The translations under genes and the position numbers were made by a program. Source: Tubiluchus corallicola (Eukaryota; Animalia; Priapulida). From it: a stretch of 64,000 nucleotides of DNA. Where the stretch lies: assembly GCA_030141605.1 (NCBI GenBank), contig JAQGDQ010000862.1, positions 22,938 through 86,937 of the forward strand. Reading direction: 5' to 3'. Under the pieces are notes generated by a model. The model saw only the letters and a program-made list of their open reading frames with translations, was not told the origin of the DNA and did not search any database. Positions within the stretch are counted from its first letter, which is position 1; the number at the start of each line of letters is the position of its first letter. Of this stretch, positions 26,915 to 37,708 are shown in pieces.

Positions 26915-28610
26915 TTCATAAACCCGCTAGGTCTTTAGTGTAATATAAATTTAGCGCAGTAAAACTGGCAGAGTTGCCATCATCACAGCTGGAGTTTCTC
27001 ATTATTTGCACGAAAAGAGCAGAAAGAGGTAACATCTTAGTTCTTGAGCCACCTGACATAGGCCAATAGAAAAGAACAAATTTTACACATAAAATAAAAA
27101 GCCTATTTACTGAGATTTGATAATAACAGGATTGGCGCTTGGAGTTTGATATTAGAGAGACAATTTTTGTCTTCAGCAAACAAATCAATTTAGAGAATTA
27201 CCCTTTCATATTGTGCCATGTTTGCCCGTGTGATTGAACACTTAAAGTTGCCTTGTTCAAACAGTAATTATTGTACGTAATCTCGTACAAACGATATTGG
27301 GTAGCCTCGTAAAGTACAGAAACATTTCTTCTCTGTGTTTTAAATAGAAATATTTTAACATTTCTTTGAAATGCTTTTAAAATGCTTTGAAAAAAATCTA
27401 ATTCAATTATTCTGATCATAAATCCTTTTAATCTTATCAAAACGTGGCATTTCCCAATCAGTTATATCTTTACAAATCTTACTTCAAAGAGTGTTTTAAT
27501 TTTCATTTTAAATGCGTAATACTAAATCAAAGCTGTAATACCGTTTTTGTTAACATTGGTTTGAGCTTACACACAGAAAGAGTTTGTTTCATTTACTCTT
27601 TATTCAGTCTGACCTAGGGCTAGAACCATGCTGTGTTGATTGTGTACCAGATTGCGTTCTACAATTTTCTTATTGTATGTAAGTGATTGTGGACAAAACT
27701 CCTTAAAATAAAAATTTGTTGTGTCATTAATTGTATAAAAATTTATTTTGTACCATTTGTAAGACAATTGGCTAACGTGTTGTCTTGTAATGGTAACATG
27801 TTGACTTTTTACGGCAACATATTGTAGCTGCTGCGTTAGTTATGATTTTGCACACTAGATGTTGACTGATATTAATCAAAGCTATTCACCCAGTTGGAAC
27901 GTCCGCCATTGCTAGACATGCTTCCTTTACTCCAGCGCTGTCAATCCCTCTTACCTATAAGCTCTCATGTGTAATATTGTTTCCATACATGCATCACTAC
28001 ACTCACTGCTCTAGAATGTATATCTCTGCTACGCTCTACACAGACTCACATGTTTAGATAAAATATTTTAACCTTCCAGTGTATGTACACTAACCAAAAA
28101 TGAAAGTGGAGAAATAATAGCAAAGGCTGCATAACTGTTTTAGTAAATTGCTGGGATGAAAATAAATGCCAACAAAACCCATTTTTATTTTTATATATGT
28201 TTTATATAAATCTTTTTATTCTTATCAAAACGTGTCCTTACCCCAGCAGATGTATTATTACAACCTTACTTCAGTGATTATTGCGTATTAATTTTTATTT
28301 ATAACGTAACACTTAATCTAACCACAATCGTTTTTCACTCAATGTGTTCTTCTTAATCTTTACTGTTTGTGTTAAAATTATTGTTTTTTTTTGCTAAAAA
28401 TTTTTGCTGTTACTATTTTTCTTCCTGCTATTCGATTTTTGTATTTTGTAAAATAAATTTATTTCGCTTACTCTTAATTCAGTTTGACTCATGGGTAGAA
28501 CCATGCTGTCTATCAGTTTGCATTCAACAATTTTCTTATTATATGGTTAAAATTTTTATAGGATTTTGCGTTGTACAACCATTTACAGTGTACCATTTCT
28601 GATTCACTTA
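26915..28610 (+). repeat. Modular dispersed repeat family, cluster 5
   Basis: Module A at 27830-28130; 27525-27790 matches 36335-36610; 27190-27520 matches 5930-6250; 26915-27110 resembles 18174-18365. Confidence 0.75.
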
Positions 28611-29918
28611 CTTTTGAAAGCAAAAACTCTCGCAGTTTTTGATGCAGTCGGAAACTAATAAGAAATTGTTCCACTTATCTGGAGGAGGACTCGAAAGCTC
28701 AATGCTCCTTCCTCCTCCACACAGTAACTCGTTTAGTTTATATATATTTTTTTCAATGTAATAACATTTGTATATATGTTTAAGTGTTTCTGTGGAATAA
28801 ATTCATAATTAAAAAATTCATAATTCAAATGTGACGTCTATCCAATTTATTATCTGTCACCATGTATTAAGTGCAGTAAGTATCGTTTAGCATAAAGTTT
28901 AATCTTTGTGTTTGTTGTTTTATTCTTACAACTAGAAACGAAACTTAGATCTTACAAACACACCAAAATGAATCATTTCTTTCTAATTACACTAACCGAA
29001 CTTCGAGACATAACCTTTAGATAACGTATAAAATAAATAAAAAATATTTTCAGTCTAATAGCTTTAAAAACCGCAAAACAACAACTTATTATATCAGTGA
29101 AGGATCTCAAAAGGTCAACAGGAGTGTGGGTGGGAGTGGGATTTGTTCGTTCTTATTTTTTGTTTAGGTCATATCAACAGGATGTCAAGGTGCAGTTTAT
29201 TACTTTGTAGATTCTAATAATTATTGACTTCAAGGCCAAGTTATGTAGTTTTGTTAATTGGGATTATCATGATTATTACAAAAGGAAAAGAATGCAGGAC
29301 GAGGAACAATTACTGCTGCATTGTGTTTAGGAAACTCCACAATAATTTTGTAACCCGCAATCATTGGTATAATAGTCAGTTTCATTGTACATTCGGATCA
29401 ACAAAAAACAAAGCATTTTGCTTATGAATGTTTTAGAATTATTTATAACTGTTGTGTATGTACTGTAAATAATCAATAAATTTACTACTCTTTATAAAAA
29501 AACAAAAAAGAAAGAAACTACCCGAGTCAAGGTCTGTCACCCATAGCTTAAAAACTTGAGTAAAAGGTTGAATGCCTTTTATAGTATCAAAATATATTAT
29601 TTCTTTCTTTTAAAAGTTTTCACCCTAACGGGTCTCAGGTTAGCAGCGGAAGTTTATTTGAACAGTTAAGTGAAAGTTCCTGAAAGGAATAATAATCTAT
29701 TGTTGAGACTTAAAAGAGCATTCAACGTATTATTCAAGCTAAAGCTGACAAGTCTCGGGAGCGCTCTCTCATAATTTAGGACTTAAAAACTTGGTTTGCA
29801 TAAATTGTATTTCAAAATTAGTGCATGTGGATAGTACATAAGGGTCAAGGACATTCATTATACTATTTAATTATAGGATAACACTCGTGTCCTGATTGAC
29901 AGTAAACATACTCATAAT

Positions 29919-29921
<3 letters not shown>

Positions 29922-29979
<58 letters not shown>

Positions 29980-29997
29980 ACACACACACACACACAC
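29922..29997. repeat. (CA)n microsatellite
   Basis: Direct reading. Confidence 0.97.
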
Positions 29998-30266
29998 TAA
30001 AATTATTATTTACACACGATGTCACGCATGGTAGATAAAGGGAAATATCAAAATCTCTCCAGGGTGCAAGTCTGCAAGGGGAAGTGAAAATTTTAGATTA
30101 GTACAACATGCCATTACTGCATGTATTACTGTCACGCGATAAAAACCCTCCTCACCCACCTGTGAGCTGAAGTACTAGTTCAAAATCAAGAGTTTCCAAT
30201 CATGCGCAGTTTGTCAGGAAGGTGCAAAAAGTTAGAACAAACCTTTAAATTCCTGGTTGTTCTTAC

Positions 30267-30369
30267 CTATTTGGTTGACGAAAAAAACCAAGAAGTTCTG
30301 CCTCCAACTTGCAGCATAGATGCCAGTGCAGATGACTAGGTGGACAGTTTGTGTTGATAACATGTTCTC
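30267..30369 (-). CDS. fng: Fringe-like glycosyltransferase, third visible coding exon (103 nt)
   Basis: ttattttag acceptor and gtaaga donor. Encodes (G)EHVINTNCPPSHLHWHLCCKLEAELLGFFRQPN(R), matching the Fringe INTNC...LCCK..E motif. Phase 1 start fits the previous exon. Confidence 0.88.
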
Positions 30370-30985
30370 CTAAAATAACATGAACTGTGTCAAATAAAAC
30401 AGGTGCTAATATTTCTGCGTTGTCTAATATAGTCATTAGAGGATTAAACGGAGGATTAAACGAACAAACAAACAAGTAAACAAAAGAATAAACAAGAAGG
30501 CAACACGTAATAATTAAACAAACAAATGAATGAATGAATGAACGAATGAATGAATGAATGAATGAACGACTAGAACAAGCGAACGAATGAATGAGTAGAT
30601 AAATGTGACACAAGGATAAAAACAAATACATGTAAGTGACGAATAACACTAGTAAAATGTTATTCAAACTAGATTTTATCCATGTTTTCTAAATTTTGAC
30701 AAGAAAAATGATAAAAAAATAAGCGATTCTTGGACAAAAATTTTGCAAAAACTAATAAACAAAAACGTCTATAAAGAATAACAACCTGTTATTTTAAGCT
30801 CATACCTGGTCAGAGATGCGCCTAAAAGAATTGGACTAAGATAGTATGTGCAATGGAAGACAGTAAATCTAAGTATTGAGGGAAATGGTGACTGTAGATT
30901 GAACTTTAGATTTTTGATTAGCATTACAAGAAACTCTGTATCTACGGCAGCCTAAAAAGTTTTTGTACTGATGCTGTATTATACT

Positions 30986-30986
<1 letters not shown>

Positions 30987-31068
<82 letters not shown>
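30987..31068. repeat. (CT)n microsatellite in Fringe intron
   Basis: Direct reading. Confidence 0.97.
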
Positions 31069-31072
<4 letters not shown>

Positions 31073-31246
31073 CTCTTTCTTTCGTAATTCGTAAGTGACT
31101 GTCGCTACTAATGCTATTTTAATGCAGCCTCCTTCCAGTAACCTCCTAAAAAATCGCCCCACTCATATGGCATGTTGTCTTTTTCTTCTGTTACCTGTGC
31201 TGAGGAAGCTGAACAATTGCAATTGTGCTAGAATATGAAAACTTAC

Positions 31247-31295
31247 CTGCTAATTCTTGAACTTCCTCATCATCTGCATCCGAGAAGAAAAATGT
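31247..31295 (-). CDS. fng: Fringe-like glycosyltransferase, second visible coding exon (49 nt)
   Basis: atttacag acceptor and gtaagt donor. Encodes TFFFSDADDEEVQELA(G), matching Fringe T(W/F)FFTD.DD. Phase 0 in, phase 1 out. Confidence 0.88.
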
Positions 31296-31603
31296 CTGTA
31301 AATTCCAATAACAATGAGTCGACAATAAATTAATAATGAAGAAGAATTGCAATTATTGAAACATAATATCTTTCTTAAACATTTTAGTTTGTACATTTTA
31401 AGCCCCTTTAATAAGCTTACCTACGTATGAACAGCAAAAAGTAGTCTTGTGTAAGTAGACTAAATCTGAGTAGTCATGGATTTAGTGATCACAGTGAAAC
31501 TACGCCAAAACTGGTCGGTAAATGCACGGATGACTGCTTGTAGAAAACTGCTTCTGGGTGGTTTTATGTGTCATACGGTATTGCTTCGTCAAGGGACTGA
31601 ACG

Positions 31604-32092
31604 TTGCCAAATCACCTCTCTTGATCAATGTCTTATCTCTTCTGCTGATCAGTATCTTGTCTCCGCTACTGCTCAACATTTATCTCTTATGCTGGCCATT
31701 ACCTTATCTCCTCTGATGTTCAGTGTCCATTTTCCTCTGCTGGTCAATGTTTTAGCTCCTCTGCTGGTCAATATTTATCTCCTCTACTAGTCAATAACTT
31801 ATCTTCTGTGCATTGTCAATGCCTTACCTCCTCTGCTGGTCAGTGTCTTACCTCCTCTACTAGTCAATATCTTATCGCCTATGCTGGTCAATGCCTTACA
31901 TTCTCTGCTGGTCAATGCCTTATCTCCTCTGATGGTCAGTGCCTATTTTCCTCTGATGTTCAATATCCAATCTCCTCTGCTGATCAATGTCTTTTCTCAT
32001 TTGATGGTCAATGTCTTACCTTCTCTGCTGGTCAATGTCTTTTCTCCTCTACTAGTCAATATCTTATCGCCTCTGTTGATCAATATCTTATT
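31604..32092 (+). repeat. Degenerate 24-bp minisatellite (~20 units) in Fringe intron
   Basis: Consensus TCTCCTCTGCTGGTCAATGTCTTA; translates as 8-aa periodic QCLTSSAG-like peptides. Confidence 0.9.
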
Positions 32093-32321
32093 TCAGAAAA
32101 TTGTCCAGAACAATGAGGATGACACTACTGCCATAAATATTTACAAAAAGATGGCTTTCTATTAAGTGCATTAGTGCATTTATAAGTGCTGCTTACCAGC
32201 TTGCAGGGTACCGAGCTGCATAAAAATACCATATCATACCATACCATGATATACCACATCCACACTGCAACAATTTCATTCCTCAATAGAAAAACTTGCA
32301 CAATAATTATGCTGGATTTAC

Positions 32322-32495
32322 CTGGCTTCTGGCAGTTTTGAACCAAGTATTGAGAATAACCTTTAACCTAGAGTGATGCAATGAAGCTGCTGTCTTTACA
32401 CTGATGTACACATCGTTCAATTTTACAGGAAAGGAATTGAGTCTCGTCTGGGTTACGTCTGCAAGCGATTGAAATGATCTTTCGTTCTCCACCAT
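32322..32495 (-). CDS. fng: Fringe-like glycosyltransferase, first visible coding exon (5' boundary uncertain)
   Basis: Encodes ...LNDVYISVKTAASLHHSRLKVILNTWFKTARSQ, matching the Fringe D.FISVKT...H..RL..I..TW motif, and ends CAG|gtaaat. The frame stays open upstream to a TAA at 32631-32633. Confidence 0.85.
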
Positions 32496-32899
32496 TTTTG
32501 CCAGCAGATCTTGTCCTAAATTGTTGCCTCGATTTAGAAAAAGAGAACATTTAAACCGCTTTAAGAGAACTTTCTTGTGCGTTTGGTCATTCGTCTGGCA
32601 GAACCATTTTGCACGAAGTATAATTGTACATTACAAAAACGCTACGATCAATAATGCGCGAACATAATAAGTTTCGCATCGTTTAAGGCTTCAAGGCCTT
32701 ATATATTGTAATAGGCGTTTTATATTTTTTAGGTAAAATATCCTAAAGTTAGCATGGCGAATTACACCATTCGCAACTCGTCCTATGCCCGTCTTTTCAA
32801 GTAATGTTTTACCATCTTAGAGACTATTCTCGTGAATTAAAGCCATTTGTGTAATTTTAGAGAAAATTCGAGTTGCGGAAGAGACATGTTTTACAGAAA

Positions 32900-33570
32900 A
32901 CTATTCCATGCTTATTAAACTCTTTGCAACCTATAGGTTTCAAATAATATAATAATTTTTTGCCGATAATTTGAACACAAATCGATTTAGTGACATTTTA
33001 CCCAGTTTATTAAAAATAATAATTTTAGTTTTCTTAACATTCACCGTTAATTACCACTTGGAAATTATCAATAGAATAATATTGAGAACAATGTTGCGCT
33101 GATTACGCAGCCTTGTTTAAGGCCTACAATACTTTTGAAAGGAATAGGTGACCCATCTATAATTTTTATAGAGTAATCATAATTACTTCTCATGTCAGTA
33201 ATAATTGCTAACGTTTTACCTACAATTCCATACCACTGCATTTTACAATATAGAGCCTGATGGTAGACAGAGCCGAAATCCTTTTTTATAATCAACAAAA
33301 CATTTTACAGTTGTCATTTATTACAAAAAATCTATTATCGATAATAGTGTTCAATGCTAGGATGTAGTCAATTTCATGTGCTCCTTTCTAAAGCCAATTT
33401 TTGTTTGATGAATAACATTTCTGTTTTCTAGGTATTTACTCAAACACTCGAACAATTTGCAGAAAAAAGTCGAGATAGTTATTTGCAGATAATTAGCAGA
33501 TTCGCTTTTAGAACCTGTTTTGTGCAAGGATACAGTAGTCTAAAACTTTCTGAACACCATGTAGGATATT
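32900..33570 (-). mobile_element. Decayed LINE reverse transcriptase fragment
   Basis: GLKQGCVISATLFSI, YGIVGKTLAII, VSLHKTGSKSESANYLQI and VNVKKTKIIIF remnants across frames. Confidence 0.75.
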
Positions 33571-33818
33571 TATTTCATGAGTAAATTAGGTTAGTAACAT
33601 AGTAGTAACTTAGTAATCAACTTAATAACATAAGGAGCCATAATTGTTATCGTAACTTTAATGCACACTTTAGAAATGACTATGTGTGTTAGTTATTTAT
33701 TTATTTATTTAAAGCTTTGTCAAATCGTAGCTGGAATGAGAGGCTTCAAAATAAACGATTCGCTTGCCCTGTGAAGTAGTCGAAATTTATCAGATTCACA
33801 TCACATCACCACATTCAT

Positions 33819-34069
33819 CAGAGCCAGTTTATCCTATAGGCTAGCATATGCTGCAGCCTAGGGCTCCTCAAGCTTTGCTAATATTTTTAAATTCTTTGCT
33901 AATATATGTGCTAATTTGTTGGTATTTCTTATATAAATTATAAGATATATAAGTTATATAAACGTTGCTGAAATTTCCACGTGTTAAAATATGCAAAGCG
34001 GGCGCGGGCGAGTCAGGCGGTGGCTCCCTCTTAGCCTACGGCCGGCAAAAGGTCATAATCCGGGCCCTG
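33819..34069. mobile_element. Old hAT-like MITE
   Basis: Starts CAGAGCCAGTTTA and ends TAATCCGGGCCCTG (imperfect inverted ends); no TSD retained. Confidence 0.45.
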
Positions 34070-34966
34070 AATATAACAATTTTTGGTGGGAAATTGTTGC
34101 GGTTCTTCATTGTGATTACGGAACAGGATTCTTCCGCAACATGGTAAATTAATGGCTTTGGATTATTCTGCTCAATTTTATAAGAGTCTGAAGATTTACT
34201 ATAAACTTTGTATTTGGTTTTTGCTTTATGTGATGAGCAATTAATCTGCATTTAATCCTATATTACTTGGATAAAACGTACACAATATCATATAACATAC
34301 TTACGTATAATAGATAATCCTAAAAACAAAATTACAATTAAGACTAGAGTAACCTTCCGCCGACCAGCATTCCGCTCTCCGAATTGAAATGACGTCATGT
34401 TAAGTTGTTAATCATCATTATAACCGTTTATCGCGAATACCTGCAGCACTGTGGGCAAATGTTAGCTCATTTGAAACTTCTCAGATACTGACACAACAAA
34501 TCATCACAGATCAGGAAACAAAACTCCCCAAAACACTAATGCAAGTAGAGAATGTCTTTCTAATCGATAATCAATAATATATATTTTGATCAATAATCGG
34601 TTATAGCTAAATGCTAGTCAACTCCTAGCCTTCTGTACTTTCACACGTCGATGTTTTTTCCATTTCTCTCGCCAGCGATTTCCATGTTCTAGCTTCAACT
34701 CAACCAGAAACTGACCCTATGGTCAGCGGTCAAACCTCAAGCAGCTGAGCTCATCGTCCATACAACCTATATGAATTATCACGCGCGAATGTAGTTACCC
34801 GCTACGAATATTTTAAGCTTGATGAGTTCCTGCAGTAGCAGCAACAACTATGCTTTAAAAACGTGCAATTTTACATGACTTAATGAAATCACTACGCAAA
34901 CAAACGGCAAATCACACCAGCTATGATAAGAATAAATGGTCGAATATACCTACCTTCCTGCTAGGA

Positions 34967-35599
34967 CAGTGGTTCCCAAAGTAGGGGTAAATTACCCCTC
35001 GGGGTAATATGGTTTTTTTGAGGGGGTAACGGGCACCCCTCTGAAAATTTTTAAAACTTCGCTTGGAATGCATTTTACGTAGTTTTCTTCTTGAAGAGAC
35101 TGCCTCCGGCAGGCAACATTGTGTCATGGGGTCCATCATTCGCACGTTCCCATGATCTCTGGTGCTATCCTGGGGAGAAGTCAAAGTTCATGATTGTTTC
35201 TTTGGTTTCTTCTCTATCGACATTTCTGCACAGAGTTTAGAGTTTAGAGAAAGCTAGGACCCAGGATTGAGAAACTGGCGTCCGAAAAACAGGCTCATCC
35301 GTCCCACTAACTGAGATTTTGTTGTTGTCATCAATTTCTTCTTGTTTTCGTTTGTTCGAGTAATAATTACTCGAACGAACCTGCTCACTCAGTAATGAGC
35401 AGGTTCAGTAATTGTAATTCTTGTTTTGGCAACAATACAACAACACCTGGAAATTTATTTATGTCACGAGCAAACATAAATAATTTTTCTTGCTTGAGGC
35501 ATATACGTGTGTTTCCTTTTTGAGTTGGAGAAGTAGTACTAGGTGGCGGGTAATGGACACGACTGGGTTTCCCGAGTTGGGTAAGTTTGGGAACCACTG
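34967..35599. mobile_element. Non-autonomous hAT (Charlie/Buster-like) element, 633 bp
   Basis: Perfect 14-bp TIR CAGTGGTTCCCAAA / TTTGGGAACCACTG and perfect 8-bp TSD TGCTAGGA (34959-34966 and 35600-35607) with central TA. Confidence 0.93.
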
Positions 35600-35780
35600 T
35601 GCTAGGAGGACTTAATGTGGAATATGTGAAATCATTTTTAAAAAATCACTGTCACGTACTTTTAAACGCGTGAAAAACGTATTTCATAAACAAAGCAGAT
35701 TCCCGGGGTGATGATATTCATACAAATAATGTATTTGTCGCTTATAAATAATTTTCTAGTAAAGCAGTTAAATAGGTAAC

Positions 35781-35973
35781 TAGGTAGGAAGGTAGGTAGG
35801 TACATAGATAAGTAGGTAGGTAGGCAGGCAGGTAGGTAGGTAGGCAGGTAGGTACATAGGTGAGTAGGTAGGTAGGCAGGCAGGAAGGCAGGCAGGCAGG
35901 TAGGTAGGTAGGTAGGTAGGTAGGTAGGTAGGTAGGTAGGTAGGTAGGTAGGTAGTTAGTTTTAGGTAGGTAG
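35781..35973. repeat. (GGTA)n/(GGCA)n microsatellite
   Basis: Direct reading. Confidence 0.95.
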
Positions 35974-36194
35974 GGAGAGAGATACAGACAGACTTACAGA
36001 TACATGAATAGTTCTTTTATTAAAATCAAATTATAATTTTGATGTTCTATAGATGTAGTACATAGAACATCTGAGTACATAGATGTTCTATTTTTGGCAA
36101 TTTTCGCTTGGAAAACTGCTGACGCAAAGCCATTGTTGAGATGCTCAAGCAGCTTTACTTACGCCGCTTCTTCTATGTTATGATGTTATAGATA

Positions 36195-37695
36195 AAGAAA
36201 CGCTTTATTTTTTCTCTGTATTTTAAATAGAAATATTTTAAAATGTTTAATTATTTTTCCCTAAATTTTTGCAATTATTATTTTCTTCTTGTTACTTTTT
36301 TTGATTTTTATAAAATTCAGGTGTGTTTTCACCAAATCAAAGCTGTAATACCGTTTTGTTAACATTTTTGAGCATATCCACAGAAAGAGTTTGTTTCATT
36401 TACTCTTTATTCAGTGTGACCTAAGGCTAGAACCATGCTGTGTTGATTGTGTACCAGATTGCGTTCTACAATTTTCTTATTGTATGTGAGTGTTGTGCAT
36501 TGCATTGTATGGTGCACAAAAGAATTTAGAGTAATAATTTTTTGAGTCATTAATCATATAAAAATTTATTGTGTACCACTTCTGATTAACTTGAATAACT
36601 TGTTGTCTTGCAATGATTATTCTATGTTAAAATTTTGCTGCTGTTGCGTGGTTGTGACTTTGCACACCTGGTGGCTGACTAATATTAATCAAAGCTATTC
36701 ATTCGAAGCATCCGCCATTAAACTCCAGAGCTGTCAATCACTCTTACCCATGAGCTCTCATGTGCATCGTTGCTTCCATGCACGCATCGCTACACTCACC
36801 ACTCTAGAATGTGCGAGAGTGCACCTCGTCTCTGCCATATTCCACACAGACACACATGTTTTTTGTAAAATATTTTCAGCATCTATGTACACTAACCAAA
36901 AATTAATGTGGAGAAAGGATAATGATAACAACAACAAAAACATTTTGAAAATGACAATGATGCCAGAAACAAACAATAAATAACATTCTAAAGTGAAAAT
37001 GTTGGAATGCAGCCTGAATTTCTGAACCATGTAACTAGTCTAGAAAATCCAAAATCATGATATACTACAGATTGCAATAATATATCTGGTGAATAAATTG
37101 CACGTTTAGATGGGAAGTGACTTTGACAGAGTTTAGCATGACAATAGAAAATACAGTTGACCCACTATTGACATCCAAGCATTGTTTACAAAGCATAATA
37201 GAATTTAGTGTTTTCTTTCATTAAGATTAGTCAGCCACTTTGATGTGGTGGTGTGGTGTGGTTTGTCGTTGTGGTTTTTTTTGTCATGTTCAAATATTTG
37301 CCGGTGATTGATAAGTCTTATAATTAATTATTGTTTCTGGATTCATTATATATATTGCATAAAGATCTCTCATCGCATCCTCTCATTAATTTTTTATTTA
37401 TCCAGTTGGGCCCAACAGGGGAAAGATCTTTTTGCAAAATATATACCACTCATTTCTGGAGATTGGAAATGGCCCTGGCGCAGTGGTGGTAAAAGTTTGA
37501 TAAGCCGTTCGGCGGTGGATGTTATAGTCATATAATAAATGCCTATAGGCAATCATTTGTGGGCGTTTTCATGGGCACAACTCCCGATGTTTTATGTCTG
37601 AAAAATTTTTAGCATGATAATAGAAAATACAGTTTACCCAGTATTTATAAGACATAATAGAATTTAGTGCTTTCTTTCAATAAGATTAATCAGCC
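36195..37695 (+). repeat. Modular dispersed repeat family, cluster 6 (host of the RTE insertion)
   Basis: Module A at 36640-36920; 36920-37165 matches 10865-11145; 37240-37430 matches 41310-41465 and, inverted, 14650-14830. Confidence 0.8.
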
Positions 37696-37708
37696 ACTTT
37701 TAATATTT

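Noticed and set aside
30806-30821. Possible 16-nt micro-exon (ttcttttag...CAG|gtatg) in the Fringe intron
   Set aside because: It would shift the frame, and the flanking exons already join in phase with continuous Fringe homology.
37470-37500. tRNA or SINE A-box-like TGGCGCAGTGGTGG
   Set aside because: No B-box or cloverleaf follows, and it lies within a dispersed repeat module.
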